Assembly: GCA_964373715.1 (NCBI GenBank) | Contig: CAYJVR010000003.1 | Coordinates: forward strand, 47,050 to 111,049 | From: an uncultured Planctomycetia bacterium | GTDB lineage: Bacteria > Omnitrophota > Gorgyraeia > 1-14-0-20-64-10 | Direction of reading: 5' to 3' | Length of the DNA: 64,000 bases | Part shown: positions 44,687-54,786 of the stretch, one piece after another | Layout of the letters: each line of letters starts with the position of its first letter | How positions within the stretch are numbered: the stretch's first letter is position 1 | Made by a program: the position numbers and the translations under genes | Notes under the pieces: generated by a model | Told to the model about the DNA's origin: nothing | Database searches by the model: none | The model's input: the letters and a program-made list of their open reading frames with translations, nothing else

Positions 44687-45065
44687 GGAGGTCCTGCTAT
44701 ACAGCAGCTACTACATCATTCGCTTCGGCCTCCGCCGGGGGATATCTCCTCGGGTCGCTTGTCCGGCCCTGCGAGCCGGACTGTGCTCGACGGACTCGCT
44801 CGCTCTTCCCCTTGGGAATCCATGCCCGCTCACATCGTCCAACGTCCCTCGGAGACACCCCCCGTCGTAGCCCTTCACAAATGTCGAAGGGGCTGAGGGG
44901 ATGGTTTCGAAGGCAATAGGAGTCCCGGACGGGCACGGATCCCGCCAAAGGCGGGAGAGGCAGGGCCGACTTTTAGTGAGCCGGACTCGCAGGGGACGGC
45001 GAACGGCCTGAGAGACTTTCCCCTCGGCCCCGGATGCGTGCAGCGATAAGACTCGAAGGGAATAA

Positions 45066-46721
45066 TCAGGCGGGGCGGCGGAGGGCTTTAACCCCTTCGA
45101 AGAGCAGGCCGAGGCCGAGGGCAAACAGCAGAAGCGAGGCGACCGCGGTCGGATCGGCAACCGGCCCGCCGGCGGCGAGCTTCACACGCCAGCTACCCAG
45201 AAGAATCGCGAGCGCCCACAGGGTCATCCCCATCATGAATAAGCACGGGACGCCGGCGAACCACCAATGCTTGCCCGATTTCTTGAGCCAAACACTCAAC
45301 CCCAAAAGGGTCAGCGCGGCAAGCAACTGATTGGAGGTTCCGAAGACCGTCCAAAAAGCCTTCCATGCCGGTATCTGCCTGCCGGAGGGATCGGTAACGC
45401 TGACCGTTACGAAAAAAGCCGGCAGAACCAGTGTCAACAAGGTGGCCCGTTTCCTCCCCTTCTCCCCCTCAAACCCAAAAATCTCCTGCAGGATGTAGCG
45501 TCCTAGCCGGGTGGCCACATCCAGCGTGTCGAAAATGAAGGTCGCGAAAGCCAGCAGCACGAACGACATGGCCAATTCCATCGGCACACCCAGCTTTCCG
45601 ACAAAAGAGGCCAGCCCCTGCGCGTAGATCCTGTCCGGCGAAAGCTTCGCCGCCGGATCGGAAGGAAGGAGAATCATCACGGTGGCCAGCGCGATCAGCG
45701 CCACAACCCCCTCGAGCAGCATGCCGCCGTACCCGATCAGCCGGCAGTCGGTCTCCTTGGCCACCTGTTTGGAGGTGGTGCCGGAACAAACGAGCCCGTG
45801 GAAACCGGAACAGGCACCGCAGGCAACCGTCACGAAGAGAATCGGGAACAGAGGCATACCGGAAGTGCTTGTGAACCCGATAAACGCCGGGTACCGGATC
45901 GTCGCCCCGCCCATCGCCAGCCCGAGTATCCCGGCAATCAGCGAGACATAAAGGAAAACACCCCCCAGGTAACCGCGCGGCTGGAGCAAAATCCACACCG
46001 GCAGCACCGAGGCGATAAAACAATACCCCAGAATGACGGCGTTCCACAGCAGAGCCGGACTCACCCCCTGGACCGCCGGAAGGATGACCGGGATCCCCGG
46101 GCCGATCCAGACCACCATCGCCAACAGCGGCATAAAAAGAGCGGTGGCCGGCCCCAGCGGCATTTTAAAACGGTTCATGCAGACCCCCATGGCAGCCGCC
46201 AGCGCAAGATAAAGAATAGAGGAGGAGGCCACCCCTCCCCCGGAGAGGGGATCGGCGAAAGAGCTCGACGTCAAATCGGTGAAAGCGGTAATCACGTAAA
46301 CAAGAGACAGCCAGATGAAGAGAAGGAACAGCAGGTAGGCACGCCGGCCGACGTATTCCTGGATGATCTGAGCAACCGACTGTGCCTTGTGGCGGACCGA
46401 CCCGAACAAGCTCGAGAAATCATGCACGGCTCCAATGAAAATCGCGCCAAGCACGATCCAGAGAAGTGCCGGCAGCCAGCCGAACACCAATCCGGCCAGA
46501 ATCGGGCCAACAATGGGGCCCGCCGCGGCAATCGCTGAAAAATGCTGGCCAAGAAGAAACGGCGCCTTCGCCGGGATAAAGTCAATGCCATCGGTCATCG
46601 TGACGGCCGGGGTGGGATTAGCGTCGGTCAGGCCGAGCCGTCGGGCGATAAAACGGCTGTAAGCGGTGTAGCCCAGGAAGAAAACAACGAGAACAACCGC
46701 GGCGATGAGGGTTAAGCTCAC
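45066..46721 (-). CDS. cstA: Carbon starvation protein A family transporter
   Basis: 551-aa polytopic protein typical of CstA. GTG start. Confidence 0.85.
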   Translation of the reverse strand: MSLTLIAAVVLVVFFLGYTAYSRFIARRLGLTDANPTPAVTMTDGIDFIPAKAPFLLGQHFSAIAAAGPIVGPILAGLVFGWLPALLWIVLGAIFIGAVHDFSSLFGSVRHKAQSVAQIIQEYVGRRAYLLFLLFIWLSLVYVITAFTDLTSSSFADPLSGGGVASSSILYLALAAAMGVCMNRFKMPLGPATALFMPLLAMVVWIGPGIPVILPAVQGVSPALLWNAVILGYCFIASVLPVWILLQPRGYLGGVFLYVSLIAGILGLAMGGATIRYPAFIGFTSTSGMPLFPILFVTVACGACSGFHGLVCSGTTSKQVAKETDCRLIGYGGMLLEGVVALIALATVMILLPSDPAAKLSPDRIYAQGLASFVGKLGVPMELAMSFVLLAFATFIFDTLDVATRLGRYILQEIFGFEGEKGRKRATLLTLVLPAFFVTVSVTDPSGRQIPAWKAFWTVFGTSNQLLAALTLLGLSVWLKKSGKHWWFAGVPCLFMMGMTLWALAILLGSWRVKLAAGGPVADPTAVASLLLFALGLGLLFEGVKALRRPA

Positions 46722-46798
46722 CCCACCACCTGCACTTGTTTCACGGGAAGAGCTTGCACCTGCAGCGAATCAACAGGTGGTGGGGTCATGGGGTCCGC

Positions 46799-47206
46799 TT
46801 AGAAGCTGGTGCTGTCGCTTAAAAGTTCGAGCGTGCGGTCCAGTTCATCGGTCCGGAGGATCAGGCTGCCCGCCTCCTGATGGGGTAAGGCGGTGCAGTA
46901 GGCGTATTCGATGTTGACGTCGGCACGGGCCAGCTTACGGGCCACCTCACCCAAAGAACCGGGTTTGTTGCCGAGCTCATAGACCACAACGTCCGATTCG
47001 AGGATATAGAGACCAAGCTGTTCCAGCAAGAGAAGCGCCTTCACCGGGCGGTCGCACAAAAGACGGATGATCGCATGATCCACAGTATCGTGGATAGTCA
47101 GCGCCAGGATATTAATATCGGCTTCGGCCAAGGTTCCGCATATCTTGGCCAGGCCGCCCGGCCTGTTCTCCAGAAAGATCGACAGCTGTTTCTCCACCTT
47201 GACCAT
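46799..47206 (-). CDS. Tandem ACT-domain protein
   Basis: 135 aa with two beta-alpha-beta-beta-alpha-beta ACT-like halves (IFLENRPGGLAKI... and YELGNKPGSLGEV...). Confidence 0.6.
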   Translation of the reverse strand: MVKVEKQLSIFLENRPGGLAKICGTLAEADINILALTIHDTVDHAIIRLLCDRPVKALLLLEQLGLYILESDVVVYELGNKPGSLGEVARKLARADVNIEYAYCTALPHQEAGSLILRTDELDRTLELLSDSTSF

Positions 47207-47210
47207 CAGT

Positions 47211-47741
47211 TCACTCCTCGTCCCAGTAGCGAGAATACTCAGCCAAATAGGTCAACGTCTTCAAATCCGGCATCCGGTCCAGGTAAACATTCCCCTGGAG
47301 GTGGTCCCACTCATGCTGGATGACCCGTGCATAAAACCCATCCGCCTTGAAATGGATCTTCTCTCCCTTTGCATTATACGCCTCCACCCCAACGGAACGC
47401 CAGCGGGGAACCCTTCCCCGCAAACCCTCCACCGAGAGACAACCCTCCCAATCTATCTCCTTCTGAGAGGAAGCCTGCTTGATCTTCGGGTTGATCAGCA
47501 CAATAAGGGGGATCTTAGGAGCCTTGGGGTAACGCTCACTCTCCTCAATACCAATAACAGCAAGCTGCAGCGAAACATGCACCTGCGGGGCGGCAACCCC
47601 CACTCCCGCATACTCATGCATCGTGTCAATCATATCCTGAATCAGGCTGTTCAGTTCGGGGGTACCGATCTTATCCACCGGGACAGGATCCGCCTTCTTT
47701 CGAAGCACAGGATGCCCTAAGCAGGAGACTTTCAGGATCAT
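47211..47741 (-). CDS. def: Peptide deformylase
   Basis: GVGVAAPQ, EGCLS and HEWDHL motifs. Confidence 0.9.
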   Translation of the reverse strand: MILKVSCLGHPVLRKKADPVPVDKIGTPELNSLIQDMIDTMHEYAGVGVAAPQVHVSLQLAVIGIEESERYPKAPKIPLIVLINPKIKQASSQKEIDWEGCLSVEGLRGRVPRWRSVGVEAYNAKGEKIHFKADGFYARVIQHEWDHLQGNVYLDRMPDLKTLTYLAEYSRYWDEE

Positions 47742-47809
47742 TGTTTCATTACCCCTTTCTTTGAAAAATTACTGTACCAAATTGCTTGTCCCTAAGCAAG
47801 TTCCGACAA

Positions 47810-47931
47810 TACATGACAAAATAGTCATGTTTTAAGCTATTTTAGGGTAAAATTAGAGTAGGGGACAGTGTCAAGTCTATATGGTGCTAAGACAGGAAGC
47901 TATAGTTGACAAATTAGTCATGTATCTATAA
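47810..47931 (+). promoter_or_regulatory. suf operon control region: two Rrf2-operator-like palindromes and a promoter
   Basis: Perfect inverted repeat ACATGAC-AAAATA-GTCATGT at 47810-47829. A related site TTGACAAATTAGTCATGTA at 47905-47923 overlaps a TTGACA -35 and TATAAA -10 (47926-47931). AT-rich, immediately upstream of the Rrf2 gene. Confidence 0.55.
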
Positions 47932-47975
47932 AATAAAGATTCTTCATGGGAATTTACCCAAAAACAGGTGTCAAG

Positions 47976-48476
47976 ATGAAGATAAGCGCTCAAGAAGAAT
48001 ACGGGTTACGGTGCCTCCTTCAGCTGGCCAAAGCCGGTGAAAACGCCGGCCTGACGGTCAGAGAGATCGCACATCGGGAGGGGCTTTCCCCCGCCTATGT
48101 GGAAAAACTGCTGAGGGTCTTAAACAAGGCCGGTCTGACTCAATCGGTCAGGGGAATCAAGGGGGGGTACCACCTCACTAAGAAACCTCAGGAGATCAAC
48201 CTATCCATGGTGGTGCGGGCCATGGGAAAAGTTCCCTCGGCGCAGGAGATCTGCGAGCGCTACACGGGCAACCAGAAGAGCTGCGTCCATATTGACAGTT
48301 GCTGCGTCCGGTCGGCATGGTCCAGCCTGACGCAGGTTATGGAAGAGTTCCTCGAAGGGATTTCCCTTTTGGATCTTTTAGGGTCGGAAACGAAAATGAA
48401 CCAGCTTCTCAGCCAACGGATCGCGTTCGGCGGGAAGCCATCCACAAATGAACATGGAGCCGGATTCAAAATATGA
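47976..48476 (+). CDS. Rrf2 family transcriptional regulator (IscR/SufR-like, 3-Cys cluster ligands)
   Basis: N-terminal w[21 protein letters not shown]. Cys cluster [11 protein letters not shown]. Start chosen at the internal ATG 47976. Confidence 0.8.
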   Translation: MKISAQEEYGLRCLLQLAKAGENAGLTVREIAHREGLSPAYVEKLLRVLNKAGLTQSVRGIKGGYHLTKKPQEINLSMVVRAMGKVPSAQEICERYTGNQKSCVHIDSCCVRSAWSSLTQVMEEFLEGISLLDLLGSETKMNQLLSQRIAFGGKPSTNEHGAGFKI

Positions 48477-49243
48477 GCGCGCCGCTGCTTGAAATTAAAG
48501 ATCTTCACGCCACGATCGATGGGAAGGAGATCCTCAAGGGAATTTCCCTGACCCTCGAAAAAGGACAGGTCCATGCTTTAATGGGCCCGAACGGTTCGGG
48601 GAAATCGACCTTATCCAACACGCTGATGGGGCACCCAAAATACCAGGTGACAAGCGGGCAGATCCTCTACAACGGCCAGGACATCACCGGCTGGAAAACG
48701 TATGAGAGAGCGCGGGCCGGCATCTTCCTGGCCTTTCAGTACCCTACCTCCATTCCGGGCGTGAGCGTCGCCAATTTCCTGAGGACAGCCATGAAAGCCC
48801 GTTTCGGCGACGCTTTCCAGGCAAAGGAGTTCCGGAAACAGTTGAAGGCGACGATGGCCGAGCTTGGAATAGACGATTCCTTCGCCACCCGGTACGTGAA
48901 CGACGGATTCTCCGGAGGAGAGAAGAAACGGCACGAGGTGCTGCAGCTGTCCGTGATGAAGCCGGAGCTGGCCATTCTGGATGAAACCGATTCTGGCCTC
49001 GACATCGACGCTCTGCGGACGGTGGCCGAAGGGATCAACCGCCTGAAGGGCCCGCAGTTGGGGATCCTTCTGATCACCCATTACCAAAGAATTTTGAATT
49101 ACATTCAGCCGGATGTCGTCCATGTCTTTATGGACGGGAAAATTACACGCTCCGGGGGGAAAGAACTCGCCCTGGAGCTGGAACAAAAAGGCTATGCCCC
49201 TTACGAGGCGCAGCGGAAAGCACAAGAACCGGTGAGAACATGA
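48473..49243 (+). CDS. sufC: Fe-S cluster assembly ATPase
   Basis: Walker [13 protein letters not shown] signature FSGGEKKR, Walker [11 protein letters not shown]. Confidence 0.9.
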   Translation: MSAPLLEIKDLHATIDGKEILKGISLTLEKGQVHALMGPNGSGKSTLSNTLMGHPKYQVTSGQILYNGQDITGWKTYERARAGIFLAFQYPTSIPGVSVANFLRTAMKARFGDAFQAKEFRKQLKATMAELGIDDSFATRYVNDGFSGGEKKRHEVLQLSVMKPELAILDETDSGLDIDALRTVAEGINRLKGPQLGILLITHYQRILNYIQPDVVHVFMDGKITRSGGKELALELEQKGYAPYEAQRKAQEPVRT

Positions 49244-50649
49244 GCTCAAAAATCGATATCGGCAAAAACTACGAGCAGGAATACGGCTTCCACGATCCGG
49301 AGAAGTTCGTCTTCAAAGCCAAGAGAGGCCTGACCGTGAAAGGGGTAGAAGAGATCTCCTGGATGAAGAACGAGCCGGAATGGATGCGCTCGTTCCGCAT
49401 CCGGGCCTTCGAGCATTTCAACCGCAAGCCGATGCCCGCGTGGGCCGACATGAGCATCCTCTCCCAGATCGATTTCGACAACATCTTCTATTACCTGAAA
49501 CCGACCGATAAAGAAGGCCGGAAATGGGAGGATGTCCCAGAGGATATTAAAAAGACCTTCGACAAACTGGGGATCCCGGAGGCGGAACGGAAATTCCTCT
49601 CCGGCGTGACCGCCCAGTACGAAAGCGAAGTGGTTTACCATTCGATCCGGGAAGACCTCACGAAACAGGGGGTGATCTTTCTCGGGATGGATGAGGGTCT
49701 CAAGCAACACCCCGAACTGGTCCGCAAATACTTCGGCACCGTGATCCCCTCGGCGGACAACAAGTTTTCCGCCTTGAACTCGGCGGTCTGGTCCGGCGGC
49801 AGCTTCATCTACGTGCCCAAGAACGTCAAAGTGGAGATACCGCTGCAGGCCTATTTCCGCATCAACGCGGAGAACATGGGCCAATTCGAGCGGACGCTGA
49901 TCATCGCGGACGAGGGCTCGAGCGTGCATTACATAGAAGGGTGCACCGCTCCTGTCTACGCGTCGGACAGCCTTCATTCGGCGGTGGTGGAGCTGATCGC
50001 TCTTCCCCATTCCCACATCCGCTACACGACGATCCAGAACTGGTCGAAGAACGTCTACAACCTGGTGACCAAGCGAGCGATCGCTCACGAAAACGCGATC
50101 GTGGAATGGCTGGACGGGAACCTGGGAAGTAAGCTGACGATGAAATATCCCGGCGTCTACCTCGTTGGACGCAAGGCCCGAGGAGAAGTGGTTTCCGTCG
50201 CTTTCTCCGGCAAGGGCCAGCACCAGGATGCAGGAGCCAAAATGGTCCACGTCGCGCCCGAGACGAGCTCCACGATTGTTTCCAAGTCCATCTCAAAAGA
50301 CGGCGGGAGAACAACCTACCGGGGGCTGGTGAAGGTCTACCCGCAGGCCGAGAACGTGAAATCCTCCGTGCGCTGCGACGCGCTGCTGATGGACGAGATC
50401 TCCCGGTCGGACACCTATCCGACGATGGAGATCGACGCCAAGCGCGTGCAAATCGGTCATGAGGCGACGGTCAGCAAAGTGGGCGAAGAACAGCTCTTTT
50501 ATCTCATGAGCCGCGGCCTGAAGGAACAGGAAGCCACCACGATGGTGGTCAACGGTTTCTTCGAGGCGTTTGCCAAGGAGCTTCCCCTGGAATATGCCGT
50601 GGAGTTAAACCGCCTGGTGGCCTTAGAGATGGAGGGGTCGGTCGGCTGA
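49240..50649 (+). CDS. sufB: Fe-S cluster assembly protein SufB
   Basis: 469-aa SufB/SufD fold with conserved C-terminal Cys. Confidence 0.9.
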   Translation: MSSKIDIGKNYEQEYGFHDPEKFVFKAKRGLTVKGVEEISWMKNEPEWMRSFRIRAFEHFNRKPMPAWADMSILSQIDFDNIFYYLKPTDKEGRKWEDVPEDIKKTFDKLGIPEAERKFLSGVTAQYESEVVYHSIREDLTKQGVIFLGMDEGLKQHPELVRKYFGTVIPSADNKFSALNSAVWSGGSFIYVPKNVKVEIPLQAYFRINAENMGQFERTLIIADEGSSVHYIEGCTAPVYASDSLHSAVVELIALPHSHIRYTTIQNWSKNVYNLVTKRAIAHENAIVEWLDGNLGSKLTMKYPGVYLVGRKARGEVVSVAFSGKGQHQDAGAKMVHVAPETSSTIVSKSISKDGGRTTYRGLVKVYPQAENVKSSVRCDALLMDEISRSDTYPTMEIDAKRVQIGHEATVSKVGEEQLFYLMSRGLKEQEATTMVVNGFFEAFAKELPLEYAVELNRLVALEMEGSVG

Positions 50650-50685
50650 CCCGTTACAGGGAAAGCGGTTCCGGCACACACGGCC

Positions 50686-51924
50686 ATGGCACTGTCCACA
50701 TTTGATTTTCTCACTCCCGAAACAGTCGAAACGCTCGGCCCTAAATCTTCTGCACGCTTAAAAGAACTCCGGCGCGAAGGGTGGGAACATTTTCAGTCCC
50801 TTCCCTGGCCCGTCAAGACCGATGAGGAATGGCGGCGGACCGATCCGGCTCAATTCACCCTTTCCGAAGCGCAGTTGCAGCCGGCGGATGACTCTCTGCG
50901 CATCGGGTTCGACCCGGTCGCGCCCGAGCTCATCCATGCAGGCGTTATCTTAAGCGACATGCAAACCGCTTTACGCCAATTTCCAGCGCTGGTGGAAAAA
51001 CATTTGTTTAAAACCGGGCCGCCGAAGGGCCTTTTAAAATACGCTTTCCTGCACCAGGCTTTCTGGAAGCAAGGTCTCTTCCTGTACGTCCCTGAAGGGA
51101 TTCGAATCGAAACCCCTCTGAACGCCTGGATCGAATCCTCCTCTTCCGGGCCGGCGGTCTTCCCGCACACGCTGGTGGTCCTCGAACGCGGAGCCGCGGC
51201 GACTCTGGTGGCCGAACACCGGTCCGCCGGAGCTCACGCCGGTCCCGTCGTTTCGAACCAAATGACCGAAATCGTGCTCGAAGAAGCTTCCGACTTCCGC
51301 TACCTGCACATCCAAAGATGGGGCTCCTCTACGGCCGAGTTGCTCATCCAGCAGGCCTCCCTGGAAAAAGAGGCGCATTTCTTGAATGTCGCGGTCGCTT
51401 TGGGCGGACGCCTTACAAAAGCGCATGTAGAAACGGCTCTTAGGGGACAGGGCGGCCGCGCGGACCTTCTCGGGGCCATCTTCGGCTGCGATAATCAGCA
51501 TTTCGACTTCCATACGGTCCAAGACCATCAGGCGGAGAGAACCTTCAGCGACCTGCTTTACAAAAGCGCTCTGAGGGACAGCGCCAAAGCGGTTTACACC
51601 GGCTTGATACGGATCGAAAAGGCGGCCCAAAAATCGGACGCGTACCAAGCCAATCGGAATCTTCTCCTGGACGATGGGGCTTCCGCAGATTCGATCCCCA
51701 TGCTGGAAATACTTGCCGATGACGTGCGTTGCACGCACGGCGTCGCGGTCGGTCCCGTCGATGAGGACCAAACTTATTACCTGATGACGCGGGGACTTTC
51801 TCCTGAAGAAGCCCAGCGGATCATCGTAGGCGGCTTCTTCGAGCAGGTGCTCAAGAGGATACCGGTAGAGACAGTCAACGAACGGCTGATGGACGAACTG
51901 ACCCAGCGGCTGGAAAAAAGATGA
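50686..51924 (+). CDS. sufD: Fe-S cluster assembly protein SufD
   Basis: 412-aa SufBD family protein downstream of sufB. Confidence 0.85.
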   Translation: MALSTFDFLTPETVETLGPKSSARLKELRREGWEHFQSLPWPVKTDEEWRRTDPAQFTLSEAQLQPADDSLRIGFDPVAPELIHAGVILSDMQTALRQFPALVEKHLFKTGPPKGLLKYAFLHQAFWKQGLFLYVPEGIRIETPLNAWIESSSSGPAVFPHTLVVLERGAAATLVAEHRSAGAHAGPVVSNQMTEIVLEEASDFRYLHIQRWGSSTAELLIQQASLEKEAHFLNVAVALGGRLTKAHVETALRGQGGRADLLGAIFGCDNQHFDFHTVQDHQAERTFSDLLYKSALRDSAKAVYTGLIRIEKAAQKSDAYQANRNLLLDDGASADSIPMLEILADDVRCTHGVAVGPVDEDQTYYLMTRGLSPEEAQRIIVGGFFEQVLKRIPVETVNERLMDELTQRLEKR

Positions 51925-52229
51925 GCGAATGGGTCAAAGTGGCCCGGACAGAAGAGATACCTGCCGGCAAGGTGAAGGTGGTCGACGCCAAAGGGCGCCG
52001 GCTGGCGCTGGCCAATGTCGGCGATTCCTACCATGCCGTGGAGGACTTGTGCACGCATGACGGCGGCCCGCTGGGCGAGGGGGAGCTGGCGGGCGATCTG
52101 GTGGAGTGCCCCCGGCACGGGGCCCGGTTCAACGTAAAAACCGGCGAGGCGGTCACCCTGCCGGCGGTGGTGCCGGTCAAAAGTTTTCAGGTGAAGATTA
52201 ACGGAAACGACATTCTTGTCGAGCTATAA
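51921..52229 (+). CDS. Rieske [2Fe-2S] ferredoxin
   Basis: CTH...CPRHG Rieske motifs. 102 aa. Confidence 0.85.
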   Translation: MSEWVKVARTEEIPAGKVKVVDAKGRRLALANVGDSYHAVEDLCTHDGGPLGEGELAGDLVECPRHGARFNVKTGEAVTLPAVVPVKSFQVKINGNDILVEL

Positions 52230-52244
52230 AAGGAGGAGAAACAG

Positions 52245-52568
52245 GTGATCACGTTAACGGAGAAAGCAGCGAAGAAAGTTCAAACACTGCAGGAATCGGA
52301 AGGCAAACCCGGATACGCGCTGCGGATCAAAGTGGTCGGCGGAGGATGTTCGGGCTATTCCTACGCGATGGATTTCGAAAAGGAACCGGCTCCGGAAGAT
52401 GCCATCTTCGATACCCAAGGGGTCAAACTGCTGGTGGACCCGAAATCTCTGCCGATGATTGACAATACGGAGGTGGATTGGGTTGACGCCATGACAGGGG
52501 CCGGCTTCACGCTCCAGAACCCGAACGCGAAGGGGTCGTGCGGCTGCGGCCATTCGTTCTCAGTCTAA
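52245..52568 (+). CDS. Iron-sulfur cluster insertion protein, A-type carrier (SufA/IscA/ErpA family)
   Basis: GGGCSG ... C-terminal SCGCGHSF motifs. Confidence 0.9.
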   Translation: MITLTEKAAKKVQTLQESEGKPGYALRIKVVGGGCSGYSYAMDFEKEPAPEDAIFDTQGVKLLVDPKSLPMIDNTEVDWVDAMTGAGFTLQNPNAKGSCGCGHSFSV

Positions 52569-52582
52569 TGATTTGATGAGGG

Positions 52583-52628
52583 CCCTCACCCTACCCTCTC
52601 CCTCAGGGAGAGGAGAAAGGTGATGGGG
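52583..52628. repeat. R2 palindromic repeat copy b (between sufA and sufS)
   Basis: CCCTCACCCTACCCTCTCCCTCAGGGAGAGGAGAAAGGTGATGGGG, a degenerate copy. Confidence 0.6.
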
Positions 52629-52656
52629 AATTTGAGTGAACTAAAGCGAGAATATT

Positions 52657-53895
52657 ATGCTTGATGTGAAGAAGATAAGAGAAGATTTCCCGATCCTGGG
52701 GCGGATGATAAAGGGCAAACCCCTCGTCTACCTGGACAACGCGGCCACTTCCCAAAAACCAAAAGTGGTGGTGGACGCCCTGGTAGACTATTACACCCAG
52801 CACAACGCCAACGTCCACAGGGGAATCCATTCCTTGAGTGAGGAGGCGACTGCGCTGTACGAAGGGGCCAGGGAAAAAACGGCCCAGTTCATCGGCGCCC
52901 CGAAACCGGACATGGTCATCTTCACCCGAAACACAACCGAAGCAATCAACCTGGTCAGCCACGGGTGGGGCCTAAAGCATATCAAGAAAGATGACGAGAT
53001 CCTGCTGACTGAGATGGAACACCATTCAAACCTGGTCCCCTGGCAGGTGCTCGCCCAGCGACAAGGGGCCCGTTTAAAATTCATCCCGGTGACAAAAGAA
53101 GGTACGCTGGCTCTCGAAAAACTGCCGGGGCTCCTGACCGACAGGACAAAGCTTGTTTCGGTGACCCTTATGTCAAACGTGCTGGGGACGATAAACCCTG
53201 TCAAAGAGATCATCCGGGCAGCGCACGCCAAAGGGATACCGGTGCTGGTGGACGGCGCCCAGGGGGTCCCTCACCTGCCGGTGAACGTGATGGACTTGAA
53301 CTGCGATTTCCTGGCATTCTCTTCGCATAAGATGCTCGGGCCGACCGGCGTGGGCATACTTTACGCGAAAGAGGCGATCCTTGATGAGATGGACCCGTTC
53401 CTCTTCGGAGGGGACATGATCAAGGATGTCTGGCTCGATCACTCTACATGGAACGACCTGCCCTGGAAATTCGAGGCGGGGACCCCGAACATCGCGGATG
53501 TGATCGCCTTCGGCGCGGCGGTGGATTACCTCCGTAAAATCGGCATGGATGAGATCCGCCGGCACGAGGAACATCTGACCGGGTACACTCTCGACGCCCT
53601 GCGCAAGATAGAGGGCATTACGATTTACGGACCGCTCGACCCGAAGATCCGCGGAGGGGCCGTTTCCTTTAACATCCAGAACGTGCACCCACACGACCTG
53701 GGGCAGATATTAGACGACGCCGGGGTAGCCATACGGGCCGGGCATCATTGCTGCAAACCGCTGATGCGCATATTAGGGGTCGTCGCTACGGCCCGCGCCA
53801 GCTTTTACCTGTACAACACGAAAGAAGAGGCAGACGCGCTCGTCGATGCCCTTCACAAAGCAAAGGAGCTATTCTCCGTTGTCTCTCACAGATGA
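52657..53895 (+). CDS. sufS: Cysteine desulfurase, SufS subfamily
   Basis: PLP Lys region (SSHKMLGPTG) and a C-terminal catalytic Cys loop (RAGHHCCKP). Confidence 0.9.
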   Translation: MLDVKKIREDFPILGRMIKGKPLVYLDNAATSQKPKVVVDALVDYYTQHNANVHRGIHSLSEEATALYEGAREKTAQFIGAPKPDMVIFTRNTTEAINLVSHGWGLKHIKKDDEILLTEMEHHSNLVPWQVLAQRQGARLKFIPVTKEGTLALEKLPGLLTDRTKLVSVTLMSNVLGTINPVKEIIRAAHAKGIPVLVDGAQGVPHLPVNVMDLNCDFLAFSSHKMLGPTGVGILYAKEAILDEMDPFLFGGDMIKDVWLDHSTWNDLPWKFEAGTPNIADVIAFGAAVDYLRKIGMDEIRRHEEHLTGYTLDALRKIEGITIYGPLDPKIRGGAVSFNIQNVHPHDLGQILDDAGVAIRAGHHCCKPLMRILGVVATARASFYLYNTKEEADALVDALHKAKELFSVVSHR

Positions 53896-54730
53896 CCTTT
53901 ACAGGGAAATTATCCTGGAGCACTTTAAAAACCCCAGAAACCAGGGGCATCTCGACCACCCCAATCTGACGGCGCAGGGGGCAAACCCCTTTTGCGGCGA
54001 TGAACTGGACCTGACTATTTCGATAGAGGCAGACGAGATCCGGGACATCCGCTTCCAGGGCAAGGGCTGCTCCATCAGCCAGGCCTCCTCCTCCATGATG
54101 ACCGAGGCCGTTAAAGGAAAAACCACGGCGGCCGCCAAAGCGCTGATCAAACAGTTTAAAGGGGTGATGCTCGAGTCGGCCCCGATGGTGTTCCCGGACG
54201 GGCTGGAAGATCTGGAAGCGCTCGAGGGGGTTAAGAAATACCCGGTCCGGATTAAATGCGCGATCTTAAGCTGGAACACTCTGCTGGATGGGCTTGATGC
54301 CCGGGAAAAGGGAGAGACCCAGGCTTCCCATGTAGAAGGAGAAGCAGGAATGGCTTCGGACACGAATAAATTCCCCCATTCGGCGAAGATCGAACCGGCG
54401 GCGGAACCCGCGGCCCCATTGGACAGCCCCGATGAACAGGTCCGGACGGCCCTGAAAACGGTGATTGACCCGGAGCTCAACATGAACATCCTGGATCTCG
54501 GCCTGATCTACGGCGTTGAAGTCCGCCCGGATGCCGGGGCCGTGAAGGTCACTTACACGCTAACCTCGCCAGGCTGCCCGCTCGGCCCCGTGATCAAGGG
54601 CCAAATGGAAGGGGCCTTAAGGAAAATCCCCTGGGTGAAAGAGATCCAGCCGGAACTGGTCTGGTCCCCGCCCTGGGACCCTCAGACCATGGCCTCCGAA
54701 GAGGCAAAATCGGAACTTGGAATCTGGTAA
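53846..54730 (+). CDS. SufU-like Fe-S scaffold fused to a C-terminal SufT/MIP18 (DUF59) domain
   Basis: The N-terminus DLYREIILEHFKNPRNQG...CGD...GKGCSIS...IKCAILSW matches B. subtilis SufU. The C-terminus VIDPELNMNILDLGLIYGV...LTSPGCPL...LVWSPPWD is MIP18/DUF59. The start may be the TTG at 53877. Confidence 0.75.
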   Translation: MPFTKQRSYSPLSLTDDLYREIILEHFKNPRNQGHLDHPNLTAQGANPFCGDELDLTISIEADEIRDIRFQGKGCSISQASSSMMTEAVKGKTTAAAKALIKQFKGVMLESAPMVFPDGLEDLEALEGVKKYPVRIKCAILSWNTLLDGLDAREKGETQASHVEGEAGMASDTNKFPHSAKIEPAAEPAAPLDSPDEQVRTALKTVIDPELNMNILDLGLIYGVEVRPDAGAVKVTYTLTSPGCPLGPVIKGQMEGALRKIPWVKEIQPELVWSPPWDPQTMASEEAKSELGIW

Positions 54731-54786
54731 ATGCTGAAAGAGCGCGGGACACAAGAGAGAGGCTTAAGGAGGAGCTCGTTATCTCG

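Noticed and set aside
44888-45040. Possible tmRNA (ssrA) based on a GGGGCUGA... 5' end and a tag-like ANDVVAAV frame
   Set aside because: No T-arm or CCA 3' end could be found. The tag-like frame is on the opposite strand and abuts the cca start. The length is too short for one-piece tmRNA. It is kept only as an unspecified structured-RNA candidate.
44697-45160. ORFs of 83 and 149 aa in the cstA–cca intergenic region
   Set aside because: Their Arg/Pro-rich, low-complexity translations overlap each other and the structured-RNA-like region. They are more likely non-coding.
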